From positions 6,496,001 through 6,560,000 of the forward strand of contig CAWIAD010000002.1 in NCBI GenBank assembly GCA_963833985.1: a stretch of DNA of 64,000 nt. Direction: 5' to 3'. Position numbers and translations under genes: made by a program. The DNA comes from an uncultured Planctomycetaceae bacterium. Its GTDB lineage: Bacteria > Planctomycetota > Planctomycetia > Isosphaerales > Isosphaeraceae. The stretch's first letter is position 1, and each line of letters starts with the position of its first letter. Under the pieces are notes generated by a model. It did no database searches, was not told the origin of the DNA, and saw only the letters and a list, made by a program, of their open reading frames with translations. Below are positions 1 to 11,841 of this stretch, one piece after another.

Positions 1-113
1 CGACCCGCGGCATGGCGGGCGGCCAGGGCGAGCACCTCATCGGCGAAAGGTAAGGGTGAAGGCCCACCCACACGATACCGCGTGAACGTCACGCGTCCAT
101 TGAAGAACGCCAT
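1..113 (-). CDS. 5' end of a gene running off the window, possibly an RdgC-like planctomycete protein
   Basis: Read by hand: MAFFNGRVTFTRYRVGGPSPLPFADEVLALAARHAAG. GAGGAGG RBS upstream. Family assignment is from recollection only. Confidence 0.55.
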   Translation of the reverse strand, partial: MAFFNGRVTFTRYRVGGPSPLPFADEVLALAARHAAG

Positions 114-272
114 GCTCCGGTCCCTCCTCGAGTTCGCCCGGGTGGTCGGAAACGCGCAAAGAGGCCCGCGAACCAGCCAGGACTTCCTCTAGATCGGCGC
201 AGCGTGCTCTGCTCTGCACTGCCTTGCCGCGACCGCCGGTCCTGAGTCTGCCAGTCAGCCGCCTGGTTCCGG

Positions 273-770
273 TCAGGTGAAGTTGACGAACTGGAGCGGG
301 TAGGCCGGACCGTACTGCTTGAGGTGGGCGATGACGGCCTGGAGGTCATCGAGCTTCTTGCCGGTCACGCGGACCTTGTCGTCCATGATCTGGGCCTGGA
401 CCTTGAGCTTGAGCTGCTTGATGTCCTTGACGATCTTTCGCGCATCCTCCGAATCAATGCCGGTATGCAGCTTCAAGGTCTCGCGGACCGAGTCATGCGA
501 GGCTTCCTCCAGCTTGCCGCGAATGAGCGCGTTCACCGGCACGCTGCGCTTCGCCATCTTTTCCTTGAGCACCTGGATGACCGTTTCGAGCTGGCCCTTG
601 TGGTCCGCCAGGAGGGTCAGGCTGTTCTCGACCTTGTTGAAGTCGATCGAGGCCTTCGTGCCCTTGAAATCGTAGCGCACGGCGATCTCATGCTGGGCCT
701 GGACGACCGCATTATGCATCTCGGCGTGGTTGATCTCGCTGACGACGTCGAACGCGTGGTTGTCGGCCAT
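273..770 (-). CDS. yajQ: YajQ family nucleotide/c-di-GMP-binding protein
   Basis: FDVVSEIN, RYDFKG, KLKVQAQIMDDKVRVTGKKLDDLQAVI and terminal PLQFVNF. Confidence 0.93.
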   Translation of the reverse strand: MADNHAFDVVSEINHAEMHNAVVQAQHEIAVRYDFKGTKASIDFNKVENSLTLLADHKGQLETVIQVLKEKMAKRSVPVNALIRGKLEEASHDSVRETLKLHTGIDSEDARKIVKDIKQLKLKVQAQIMDDKVRVTGKKLDDLQAVIAHLKQYGPAYPLQFVNFT

Positions 771-1074
771 GGCGGAACTCCAGTGTCTGGGCTGCGATGC
801 GCTGCCGGCGGCTGATGATCCTATGGGATGTACAGGTTATTCCATAGACCAGGCCGCGCACAGACAAGGGATTCGTGACGACAACGGGAGAGCGGACCGC
901 CTGCCGAGGTCTCCTGGGCTTACAGGAAGCGAGCAGGAGCAGCCGGCCCCATCGCCGCCGGCGGCCGTTGAGATCAAGGAGACCGGTGCTCCAATCGACA
1001 CGCCCTTCCCCGGCCAGCCGCGAAAGGAACTGGAGAATCACGCTCAGCGCCGTTGCTCGGTGAGAAGCTGGCGG

Positions 1075-1308
1075 TCAAGGCCGGGCGGCGGTGAACGGCG
1101 GTCTGGCATCAGCGTTCCGCCTGCGTTGCAAGGGCCGGGGCGTGCTCATCGGTGGGTTGGCTGGCGTGCCCGCGCCTTTCTCGAGGGTGTCGCAGATCAG
1201 GCCGGTCACCAGCCAGCAGAGCGGGACATGCTGCTGGCACGCTGCCTTCCTGAGATGCTGAAGCAATTCGTTCGAGAGGGTGACTTGAACGTGCGGTGGA
1301 CGTCTCAT
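1075..1308 (-). CDS. small hypothetical protein, possibly ribbon-helix-helix DNA-binding
   Basis: 77 aa with GGAGGAAGG RBS. Beta-strand VQVTL followed by two amphipathic helices. Confidence 0.45.
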   Translation of the reverse strand: MRRPPHVQVTLSNELLQHLRKAACQQHVPLCWLVTGLICDTLEKGAGTPANPPMSTPRPLQRRRNADARPPFTAARP

Positions 1309-1531
1309 GGCCTTCCTCCGAGTCCCTCCGGGATGGCGGCACCATGGTGCCGGCTCACGGACGTGATGAACTTCCTTGTGCGGCGAGTGGCCAACGCTCG
1401 ATGGCTCGCCGCGAATCGGGGTTCCAATCCAACCCTAGCTGATCGGCGGCTCGGATGTGCGTGAAAGTGCATGAGTTCAGGAGATTCCCTAGCCGCATCC
1501 GGGGAGTTCACCGGGCCTGGACTCGCTCGGT

Positions 1532-2092
1532 TCACCGCCCGCCGGGCTTCAAGGCGGTGCGTCCCGGCGTCCGGTACGCCACCGTCCGCTCGGTGAACTG
1601 CCCCGCCGTGATCTTGGCGCCGATGGCGGGCGGGATGGCGACGACCTTCTTCACCCGCTCGTAACTCAAGCCCGAATCGACCATTGCATTGAGAGTGGGC
1701 AGGAAGACGGTTGCATAGAACGGCCCCAGCTTGTGGGCAACTTGCTGGTCGTACGTTTCCGACGTGAGGGTCTTCTTCCTGGCGACCGCGGTGCCGTCGC
1801 CGGCCGGTGCCTGCCCCGTCCCGCGCGGACCGCCCCGGCGCAGGCCCCGGGCGCGGGCCCCCATCACCGCCGCGACGATTCCGCGTTCCTTGGCCGCGGA
1901 TTCGCCAAGGCCGTCGCGTACCGCCCTGGCATAGGTGTACGTCGCGAGGATCTCGAACTTCCCGATCCGAGTTTCCGCCTGCGCGGGAGTGAGCGCGGCA
2001 GAGTCTTGAACCGGTGCGGAGCCGGCGGCGATGCCGGGGACCAGCGCCAGCCAGCACATCGAGAAAAGTCGTCGGGCGGGTCGGATCGTCAT
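1532..2092 (-). CDS. exported hypothetical protein
   Basis: Signal-peptide-like MTIRPARRLFSMCWLALVPGIAAG followed by a helical domain. Start moved to the ATG at 2092. Confidence 0.6.
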   Translation of the reverse strand: MTIRPARRLFSMCWLALVPGIAAGSAPVQDSAALTPAQAETRIGKFEILATYTYARAVRDGLGESAAKERGIVAAVMGARARGLRRGGPRGTGQAPAGDGTAVARKKTLTSETYDQQVAHKLGPFYATVFLPTLNAMVDSGLSYERVKKVVAIPPAIGAKITAGQFTERTVAYRTPGRTALKPGGR

Positions 2093-2325
2093 CGACAGGT
2101 ACCCTGCTTCGGACGGTGTCGGAGTCCGGCGGGGCAGTAGCAAGTTTCCATGATCGTAACCTTTCCGGATGCCGGCCACCAGCACCTGGCTGATTCTTCG
2201 CCCGCGCCGGCGTACGTGGCGAATCGATCTTGTTGCAGCACCGCCCGGTTCGCAGAATAACTGTTGAACAAGCGAGATTGTCCCAGCGCGGGACGTTTTT
2301 TTATGAAGACTCAGAGGGACAGTGG

Positions 2326-3974
2326 ATGCCCGTAGGTCTGTGGTTCTTCGTGTCCGGGCTGGCCGTGACCGCGGGATGGACTGAGGGAACCGCCGGTCCG
2401 GCCGCGGAGGAAGCCGCTCGCAGCGCGCTCGCCGAGCCCATTGTGATCCGGCTGGTTCATCCCGAGCGGCAGGCGGCCGCGATCCTGCGGCTGTTCGATG
2501 GTTGTACCGCACCGCACCCGGCCGCGGCGTTGGCCGCCTGGAAGCAGTCCACGACAGGTCCCGGGCAGCTTGGCAAGACGGGTGAGGCCCTGATCGCCTG
2601 CTTCAACCCCGAGATGGTCCGCGAGTGGAGCGTCCTCGACGGGGCGAGTCTCCAGATCGGCATCGATGCCGGATCCGGCCTGGCGCGCTGGCGACTGGAG
2701 GCTCCGGGGGACGACGGCACCATCGCCGCGCTGATCACTGCGCTACGGCTTTCCGGTGGTGGTGACGAGCCGCCGTTCGGCGCCGGGCTCTCGGCCGTGC
2801 GACGGCTGGGAGGCCCGGGAGCGGCGGTCGGCCTGCGCACCGCGGAGGGAGTCATCGTGGCCAGCTCGCGGGCCGAGCTCGAACGCGGGCCCGTACCTGG
2901 CCCGGCGCAGCCGCAGATGCTCGAACAGGAATCGGGCCTGCTCTTCCGGATCGAGCCCGACCGTCTGCCCCTACCATCCCACGGCTCGGCGGCGAGACGC
3001 CGCGCCATGGTCCTGGCGCGAGGTTCGGGACTCCGATCGGTTGCCGGTCGCCTGGCCATTGTGGACGACCGGGTTCGGCTGCTGGTTGCCTCCCAGGTCG
3101 AACTCCAGGGACCGCCGGGGCGTGGGGAAAAGAGCCAGTCAGCCATCGATCCCCAGTGGCTGAAGTGGATCCCGGCCGCCCAGACCGGCGCGGTGGGCTC
3201 GTTGGTACTCGGCCCGGACGCCGGTTTCTGGGACCGCGTCTTCACGCTGGCCGATCGCGTCGATCGCGCCGACCCGGAGCGGGCGAATCTCGCCCCCTTG
3301 CGCACTCGAATCAACCTGCTGGCAGCCGCGCTTGGGCGCGCATCGAATCCGACCTGTGGCCGCACCTGCGAGGCATGACGGTCGCCTGGCTGGTGGACCC
3401 CGAGCACCCGGAGCAGTCAGGCCGCGGCGCCCTGGTGCTCCAGATGGACGACGAAGCCACCGCGGCAACCCTGGTTGAGACCGTCTTGCCAAGGCTGGCC
3501 CGGTTCTGGGCGAACGCCCGCAGCGCGTCGGCGTCGGCGCCAGCGGTCGTGCCCGCGGGCGATCGGGCTGCGGCTCGTTTCCTGGGGCGGCCCGGCGGCC
3601 AGCCTCTCGAGGCCCGTGCGGTGGGTCGGCTAGTCCTCGTTGGCTGGGGCGAGCGCACGCTCGAGGCCATGGAGGGGGCCGCCAAGAACCCTCGCAGCTC
3701 GCTCCTGGAGAGCGTCCAGGCGGCAGCCCAGGAGCGGGCGGCCGGGCGGCTCGTGCGGTTCGCGGCCTTCTGGCCGGGACGGATACGCCTCCCGATCCCG
3801 GGGCTCAACGGGCCAACGTCCCTGGCACGCTGTCTGGCGCAAGGGCCGCCCATCACCTGGGCCGGCTGGGTTGGCGCGGGCGGGGCGCTGGACCGCGTTG
3901 ACTGGCCGGGCCTGCACCGCCAGGTCGAGCGTTTTCTGGCTTCGCTTCCACTGCAACGGCCGGGGCAGCGCTGA
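2326..3974 (+). CDS. exported hypothetical protein (one gene split by an apparent frameshift near 3335)
   Basis: ORFs 2230..3378 and 3156..3974 join as ...LLAAALG/ARIESDLWPHL... if one G is restored. N-terminal signal-like segment. Confidence 0.6.
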
Positions 3975-3995
3975 GCTGGGCCGGGAGCATCAGCC

Positions 3996-4997
3996 ATGCG
4001 GCTCATTGATCTGCACTGTGACTGGGCCCGGCAGTATGCGGCAGAGGTGTGCCGTCCCGGGGCCACGGACCTCGCGGCGGTCCGCAGCCGGCTCGGCCAG
4101 GTAGAAGGATACCTCTCGGGCACGGCCCTCGCGGTCCTCTGCTGCGGTCAGGATGCGCGTGCCGGTGCGGATCCGCAGGCAAGCTGGCTGGCCCTGGGCG
4201 AACAGATCACCCGCTACGAGGCCGAGTTCCCGGGCCGGCTGCTGCTCGGTTCGCAGGACGTGGAGCGCTGGAAGGCCGAGCCCGCGGAAGGACTGTGCTG
4301 GGGAATGCTCAAGATCGGCGGTCTCGACGACCTGGTACGCACGACCGGCGACCTGGACCGGCTGCCTGGCCTCTTCCACCGCGGGGTTCGGTTCTTCCAG
4401 GTGGTGGCGAATTCGCCGGGCGCACTCACAGCGCCGGCGGATGGCACAGGGGGCCTGACGGCTCTGGGCCGCGGCTTGCTCGAAGGCCTGGAGGCGCTGG
4501 CCCGAGCTGCCGGGCCCGCGGGGCCGCGGCCCGTGGTGGACGTTGCGGCCATGAGCGCCCGCGCCACGAGCGACGTGCTGAGCTGGTTCGAAAGCGACCC
4601 GGAGCGGGCCGACCGTCTGTTACTGGTGCGCTCGCACGGGACGATCGCGACCGCGGCCAGGTCCGCCGAGACCGGCCTGTCCGACGTGAACCTGAAGCGG
4701 CTGCGTGCCCTTGGCGGAGTGGTGGGCCTTACTCCCGGATTGCCGCACTTCACGATCACTGGCGAGTTCAGCGCCGCCATCGAAACCGCCGCTGCCGTGC
4801 CCTTTCGCGGCACGGCCGGGTATGCCGGCATCGCGCTGGGGACCGACTTCCTCGGCCTGGAACAGACGCTTCCCGAAGCGGAGAACGTCCTGCGGCTGTC
4901 GGCCTGGATCGCGGCCGGCTTCGATTCGGATGCAGCCCAGCTGCTCCAGCGGGGCAATGCCTGGGGGTTACTTCTGAAGTCCGCGGGAGCAGCGTGA
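3996..4997 (+). CDS. membrane dipeptidase (peptidase M19) family protein
   Basis: IDLHCD, GGLTALGR, RSHG, GGVVGL and ALGTDFLG motifs. Some metal ligands look degenerate. Confidence 0.75.
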   Translation: MRLIDLHCDWARQYAAEVCRPGATDLAAVRSRLGQVEGYLSGTALAVLCCGQDARAGADPQASWLALGEQITRYEAEFPGRLLLGSQDVERWKAEPAEGLCWGMLKIGGLDDLVRTTGDLDRLPGLFHRGVRFFQVVANSPGALTAPADGTGGLTALGRGLLEGLEALARAAGPAGPRPVVDVAAMSARATSDVLSWFESDPERADRLLLVRSHGTIATAARSAETGLSDVNLKRLRALGGVVGLTPGLPHFTITGEFSAAIETAAAVPFRGTAGYAGIALGTDFLGLEQTLPEAENVLRLSAWIAAGFDSDAAQLLQRGNAWGLLLKSAGAA

Positions 4998-5204
4998 AGC
5001 GGGGCCCGGTCCAGCGCACGCCGCAGTCCGCGGGCGCGGGCTCAGGCGACGCCATTCATACAAAGCGGAACGAATGCCACCGCAACCACCTTCTTTCACG
5101 AATCTTTGCGTGAACTTCACCTCGTCCCTGCCATGTACGGCTACACTACCGCGTCGAGGGGACCTTGCTTGCTGGAGGCTTTCCGGAGAATTGCCGTGGA
5201 ATCG

Positions 5205-6272
5205 ATGGGACGAGCGCGACGTGGGCGGCCGGGCTTCACCCTGATCGAACTTCTGGTGGTCATTGCCATCATCGCGGTGCTGATCTCGCTGCTCTTGCCC
5301 GCGGTCCAGTCGGCGCGCGAGGCAGCGCGGCGGGCTTCATGCATCAATAATTTGAAGCAGATCGGCCTGGCGATGCACAACTTCGAGAGCAGCCGGCAGA
5401 TCCTGCCGCCGACCTGGGCCATCTCGACACCACTCCTGAAGCCGCCCTTCCAGCCCATCGATCTCACCTCGCTGCCGCCGACGAACCCGAACTATGAGCC
5501 TCCCTGCCCGATCCAGGTTGGTGAGGTTTGTAACCTGGCCGTGGACGTCCAGTCCTGGCCGGCCTTGATCCTGCCATTCGCCGAGCAGGCTCCGATGTAC
5601 GGCAGCTTCAACCTGTCCCAGCCCTTTTCCGCGCCGGTGAACACCACCGTCGTCGGCACCGAGCTTTCCTTCATGAATTGCCCCTCCGCGCCCGGCTTGC
5701 GATATGCGGCGTACACCGATCCGCTTTCCCAGCTTTTCTACGGAGCCAGCTGGAGCGTGAACCTGGCGGCCGGCGATTACGCGGTCGATGACGGTGTGAA
5801 CGATAGCTGGATGGTCCTGAACAACGTGCCGCACCCTCTCGGGCAGGACACCTACGGCCTGTTGCACGGCAATATCGCGCGGCGGATCGCCGAGATCACC
5901 GATGGCACTTCGAACACGATCATGGTCTCGGAGGATGCGGGCCGGCCCGACCTTTACCTCGAAGGCCGTCAGATCGCGGCCGGGACGTCGCTCCCGTGGT
6001 ACCAGGGAGGATCGCCCGTGAGCCTGGCGGTGAACGGCTCAGGCGCGGGCTGGGCAGACTACAACAGCGAGTTCTATACCGACGGCGACGGCAGTAACCA
6101 GCACACCAACTGGAGCAGCAACAACGAGGTGTATTCCTTTCATCCCGGAGGCGCCAACCACGTCTTCGCGGATGGGTCGGTTCACTTCATCCGGCAGAGC
6201 ACGGCACCCTCGGTGTTCGTGGCGTTGATCAGCCCCAACAAGGGAGAGATCATCTCCGCTGACGCGTACTGA
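5205..6272 (+). CDS. DUF1559 protein (prepilin-type N-terminus, C-terminal H-X9-DG)
   Basis: [34 protein letters not shown]...[21 protein letters not shown] and [16 protein letters not shown]. Confidence 0.95.
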   Translation: MGRARRGRPGFTLIELLVVIAIIAVLISLLLPAVQSAREAARRASCINNLKQIGLAMHNFESSRQILPPTWAISTPLLKPPFQPIDLTSLPPTNPNYEPPCPIQVGEVCNLAVDVQSWPALILPFAEQAPMYGSFNLSQPFSAPVNTTVVGTELSFMNCPSAPGLRYAAYTDPLSQLFYGASWSVNLAAGDYAVDDGVNDSWMVLNNVPHPLGQDTYGLLHGNIARRIAEITDGTSNTIMVSEDAGRPDLYLEGRQIAAGTSLPWYQGGSPVSLAVNGSGAGWADYNSEFYTDGDGSNQHTNWSSNNEVYSFHPGGANHVFADGSVHFIRQSTAPSVFVALISPNKGEIISADAY

Positions 6273-6357
6273 GCGCTGCCTTGTGCCACGCCGGTTTGTT
6301 CGCGGATCCAGGAGTTCGGATCGCGAGTCCCGACTTTACGGACCTTCGAGGAATGTC

Positions 6358-6870
6358 ATGGCTGCTGTTCTGGTCTACCGTATGCTGCGGGTCCGGATGC
6401 TGGCACTGCTGGTGGCCGTGATGACCGCGGCGGTCGCCTGCAACCAGGCGCTGCAGGGGCGGCTGCCTGTCTACAGCGTGAAGGGAAGAGTGCTCTACAA
6501 GGGAAGTCCGCTGGCCGCGGCGCTCGTGGTTTTCGAGCGGGCGGAGACGGTCCCGCCAAGATCTTCCCGGGATTCTGCCCCGGCTGCCGGTACGGGTCCT
6601 GTCCGGGCCACAGGAAGAACCGGTCCAGACGGATACTTCGAGCTGATGACCTATCAGGGCAATGACGGAGCCCCCGCTGGCGAATATCGTGTCGGCATCT
6701 CCAGCACCCCGCCCCACTCCGAGTCCGGCATCTTCTCGAATTCACCCGGCACGGTCCTCAAGGGGAATCCCGATGTCCTGCGCGGCCGCTATGCCGACCC
6801 CAGGAGCTCGGGCCTGCGGGCAACGGTGAACGAACAGGACAACGAACTGCCGCCTTTCCAGTTGCCCTGA
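6358..6870 (+). CDS. lipoprotein with carboxypeptidase-regulatory-like fold, the usual DUF1559 partner
   Basis: Lipobox-like AVAC, VKGRVLYKGSPLAAALVVF, GAPAGEYRVGI and RYADPRSSGLRATV. Confidence 0.8.
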   Translation: MAAVLVYRMLRVRMLALLVAVMTAAVACNQALQGRLPVYSVKGRVLYKGSPLAAALVVFERAETVPPRSSRDSAPAAGTGPVRATGRTGPDGYFELMTYQGNDGAPAGEYRVGISSTPPHSESGIFSNSPGTVLKGNPDVLRGRYADPRSSGLRATVNEQDNELPPFQLP

Positions 6871-7039
6871 TTTGCCTCTTTGCGACGGCGTGCCGCGGCT
6901 GGCCGTCCATCTCAGGCCGAGACTCGGGATTCGGCCATGCCCGGCCGGCAGGGATCATCCCGCACTGGCAAGGACCATCCGCCCCGGGGCATAATGATTC
7001 TGGATAGGAACGTCCGGAATCGCTTGCCCGAGGATGCCG

Positions 7040-7501
7040 ATGATTTCCCAGACTGCCGAGTATGCCCTCCGCGCCGTGGTGGTGCTGGGAAGCCAGCATG
7101 GCCGGCCCATGACCACGCAGGAGATCGCCACGGTTTCGCGAGTTCCCAGCAATTACCTGAGCAAGGTCTTACAGGGGCTCGGTAAAGCCGGATTGGTGGA
7201 GGCGCGGCGGGGATTGCGGGGAGGTTACGTGCTGAGCCGCACGCTCGACTTGCTCACCATGTACGATATCGTCCAGGCCGTGGACCCGGTGAAGCGGATC
7301 AAGGAGTGCCCGCTGCGGCTGAGTGCCCACTCGAGCAGGCTCTGCGTACTTCACCAGCGCCTGGATGAAGCGGCGGCACTCCTGGAAAGCTGCTTCAAGC
7401 AGACGACGATCGCGTCCCTGCTGAACGATCCCGGCGGCGCGCCCATTCCGGGACCGCTTTGTCCGGCGCCGGTGGTACCGGAAGAAGCGGCCCGGACCTG
7501 A
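7040..7501 (+). CDS. Rrf2 family transcriptional regulator
   Basis: MISQTAEYALRA, YLSKVLQGLGKAGLVEARRGLRGGY and a Cys/His cluster CPLRLSAHSSRLCVLH. Confidence 0.92.
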   Translation: MISQTAEYALRAVVVLGSQHGRPMTTQEIATVSRVPSNYLSKVLQGLGKAGLVEARRGLRGGYVLSRTLDLLTMYDIVQAVDPVKRIKECPLRLSAHSSRLCVLHQRLDEAAALLESCFKQTTIASLLNDPGGAPIPGPLCPAPVVPEEAART

Positions 7502-7515
7502 CTGAGCGCCATCGA

Positions 7516-8177
7516 TCAAGGAGACTGCGTCACATCGAGCCACGGTTTGGAAACCTCATAGCTTGGCTTTTCAATGCCCGTGGTCCAGTCGCGGATGTGG
7601 TAGCCTCCGCTATTGCCCGTGCCCATGAACATCGGCTGCATGAAGATCGCGGGATAGGGCATGGTGACGAATCGCGTTGTGGCGGCCCTGGACCCCGGTG
7701 CCGGCCCGCGAGCCCTGGCGATCGCACCGGGCTGCCGGCCCACGAACTCGAGGGAGGCCATGAAGCGAGCATGGTCTTCCGGCGTGTCCGCAAGTCCCGT
7801 GATGTTGATCTCGGCCCGCGCGCGGTCGGCGGTACGCTCGAAAGGTTCATGCTCAGGTCGAGAGACTCTGGGGTGCGGCGCAGCTCCCTGCGGAACCAGG
7901 GCGCGGGCGAGTTCGGGTGGTAGAAGGTGATGCTTCCCTGTAGCCCGGTCGTTGCCGCCGGCTGACCGTTTGCGGTACGGACAAAGACGCGAACGCCGGT
8001 GCGGTAGAAAAACACCGTGCAGCGCCACTGGCCAATCATGGCCGTTGCTCCCCCGTTTGGGGTGCTGGTCGTGACCACGCGGCCCGCTGTCTGGGCGGCT
8101 GGAGCCAGAGTTGACTGGACAAGAACACACAGTGTGGCAGTCAGCGCGACCACCACTCCTCTGAAATGAGCGAACAT
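7516..8177 (-). CDS. exported hypothetical protein (apparent frameshift near 7822)
   Basis: Signal peptide MFAHFRGVVVALTATLCVLVQSTLAPA. Frames join at SVPPT/ARAEINITGL. A sigma54-like promoter lies upstream. Confidence 0.6.
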
Positions 8178-8231
8178 GGATGTACCTCGCGCGTTGAGTG
8201 ACGCATATGACTTGATCTGAAGAAACAATAG

Positions 8232-8247
8232 TGCAAATCGCATGCCG
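8232..8247 (-). promoter_or_regulatory. sigma54-type -24/-12 promoter for the gene starting at 8177
   Basis: Minus strand CGGCATGCGATTTGCA has exact GG-N10-GC spacing with GGCA and TTGCA. Confidence 0.6.
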
Positions 8248-8411
8248 CATCCTGAAGCGGTTCCGCGCGCTCGGAGCAACGGCTGGCCGATTGCCGGTCC
8301 GGGGTCGCGTGTGTGGCTTGCTGCCGAAATGGCAGACAAGGGTGCCGGTCTGTCGCGAACGGCAGGACTGCAACTCTGGCCGCGCGCTCGCCATTTTCCT
8401 AAGTCCTGTTT

Positions 8412-8424
8412 TATCAGTCGTTTG
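8412..8424 (+). promoter_or_regulatory. IHF-binding consensus site
   Basis: TATCAGTCGTTTG matches WATCAR-N4-TTR exactly, just upstream of a sigma54-type promoter. Confidence 0.5.
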
Positions 8425-8440
8425 TGTACGAGTATCGGGT

Positions 8441-8456
8441 GGGCATACTGGTTGCA
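8441..8456 (+). promoter_or_regulatory. sigma54-type -24/-12 promoter for groES-groEL
   Basis: GGGCATACTGGTTGCA has GG-N10-GC spacing with TTGCA, about 135 bp upstream of groES. Confidence 0.55.
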
Positions 8457-8590
8457 TATAGGGAGCGGCGTGATGAGGGTCCGCGTGCTGAAGCGAAGCT
8501 GGGAGCCCCGTCTGGTGGGCCAGGGCCGATGCGCTCACGGGCCCGGGTGATTCCTCCGCAACGTTCGAGCTGAAAAGGGAGACACGATCG

Positions 8591-8881
8591 ATGAATCTGA
8601 AGCCGCTGGGCGATCGCGTGGTCGTTGAGCGTGAAGAGGCGAAAGGGACGACGGCTGGCGGAATCGTCCTTCCGGACACGGCCAAAGACAAGCCCCAGAA
8701 GGGCAAGGTCCTGGCAGTGGGTGACGGGCGCATCACCAAGGATGGCAAGCGTCGGGAATTGCAGGTGAAGGTGGGTGACGTGGTGCTGTTCACCTCCTAT
8801 GCCGGCGAGGAGTTCAAGCTGGGCGGCGAGCGGAAGGTGCTGCTGATGCGTGAAGAAGACATTCTTGCGGTCCTGGGTTGA
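8591..8881 (+). CDS. groES: co-chaperonin GroES
   Basis: [38 protein letters not shown] and MREEDILAV. Confidence 0.98.
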   Translation: MNLKPLGDRVVVEREEAKGTTAGGIVLPDTAKDKPQKGKVLAVGDGRITKDGKRRELQVKVGDVVLFTSYAGEEFKLGGERKVLLMREEDILAVLG

Positions 8882-8957
8882 GGTGATGGTTTCCCGGGGC
8901 CATCGCGCGGGCGCTCTTTTTTGATATTCACACAATGGGGACGGGAGTACACAGCAG

Positions 8958-10586
<1,629 letters not shown>

Positions 10587-10614
10587 TAAGGTGAGAGCAG
10601 GAACACCGTTCCGC

Positions 10615-10652
10615 CAGGGCGCCCGACAAGAAACCGGGCGCCCTGTTTTATT
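10615..10652 (+). terminator. intrinsic terminator after groEL
   Basis: CAGGGCGCCCG-N9-CGGGCGCCCTG (11-bp stem) followed by TTTTATT. Confidence 0.85.
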
Positions 10653-10670
10653 GACCCTGGGACGGCGAGC

Positions 10671-11618
10671 TCAGTCCGCCGCCAGCTCACCCATCGCGAT
10701 CTCGAAACCCGGCAGCACGGGACCACCGTCGAGCGTCTGCTTGCGGTTGATCACGCGCGACGACGAGAGCGAATCGTGGTCGTGGATTTTTCCCTGGTCA
10801 GGATAGACCACCCAGACGCGGTTCACCCCCGCCTGGAAATAGTGTTCCAGCCAGTCGCTGATCGGCACGGTCTCCTCGGCGCCTCGGACGATCTCCACGA
10901 CCAGGTCCGGCACGACGTGCCAGGTGAGCTCCCGGGGCACCTTACGGTAAGCCGCCCAGCGGTCGAACGAGACGAAGGCCAGGTCGGGACGCAGCTCCGC
11001 GCCAGCTTCCTCGCCCCAGTCGAACCGGGGGTCCTGCACGACATGACCGATGCCCCGCTCGCGGGCGTGACTGTCCAGTGCTTCGAACAGTCGCAGGAAA
11101 ACCATCTCCTCCGTTTCGGAGCGCGAGGATTTCTGGCCCGTCCGGGTCGAGCCGTGCTCTGCGGATTCCCGGGTCATGGCCGGGACATGCTCGTGTCCCT
11201 TGGCCCTGCCCTTGGCCTTGCCGTTGGATTCGTGCACGCCTCGGCCGCCGCGCGGCGAGCCGGTCGGGCTCTTCGAGGTGCGCGCATGGCCGTTGTGAGC
11301 GGTCTTGCCGGCCGCGGCGGTCGGTGCAGCCGCCTTGGCGGCAGCGGAGCCTTGCCGGGTTTGACGCGCGGCCTTCTTGGTTGAACTCGTGGCCTTGCGG
11401 GCCGGTGCCTTCGTCTTTGCATCCGGCACATCGGCCCGCTCCCCGACCTTCCTGCCCAGAGCGGCCTTGGTGTGGGTCCCGGGCTCGGAGCCTGTCTTCT
11501 CCTTGGTGGCAGGGCTGGCCTTTGCCCTGGTGGCTGGCCGCTCCTTGACCTTTGGTTCGGTCCTGGCCGTGCTGGATTTTGAACCGACACGTTTTTCGCG
11601 GGTCTGTTTCGTCGCCAT
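10671..11618 (-). CDS. Uma2/DUF820 family putative endonuclease with a long Lys/Ala-rich N-terminal extension
   Basis: C-terminal LRPDLAFVS, VPDLVVEIV, YFQAGVNRVWVVYP and VLPGFEIAMGEL. GGAGGT RBS before MATKQ. Confidence 0.8.
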   Translation of the reverse strand: MATKQTREKRVGSKSSTARTEPKVKERPATRAKASPATKEKTGSEPGTHTKAALGRKVGERADVPDAKTKAPARKATSSTKKAARQTRQGSAAAKAAAPTAAAGKTAHNGHARTSKSPTGSPRGGRGVHESNGKAKGRAKGHEHVPAMTRESAEHGSTRTGQKSSRSETEEMVFLRLFEALDSHARERGIGHVVQDPRFDWGEEAGAELRPDLAFVSFDRWAAYRKVPRELTWHVVPDLVVEIVRGAEETVPISDWLEHYFQAGVNRVWVVYPDQGKIHDHDSLSSSRVINRKQTLDGGPVLPGFEIAMGELAAD

Positions 11619-11841
11619 GGAATTACCTCCTGCTCGCGGATCGAGAAACGGTGATGGATGCGCAACTCTGCGGTAGAAGTGATGAAGCAAGACCTTCGGG
11701 TCCAGTCCGACCGCGCCGTTTCGCCCCTGTGTGTTGGCGGCTAGACTGAGGGTCCTGGTAACTGGAACGCAAGGGTGGCCGGTCAGGCGGACGCGTGCCA
11801 ACCGTTCCAGCGGCCGAGCCCGAGGAGTGAAGCAATCGACC

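Noticed and set aside
8180..8590. CIRCE element upstream of groES
   Set aside because: TTAGCACTC-N9-GAGTGCTAA was not found.
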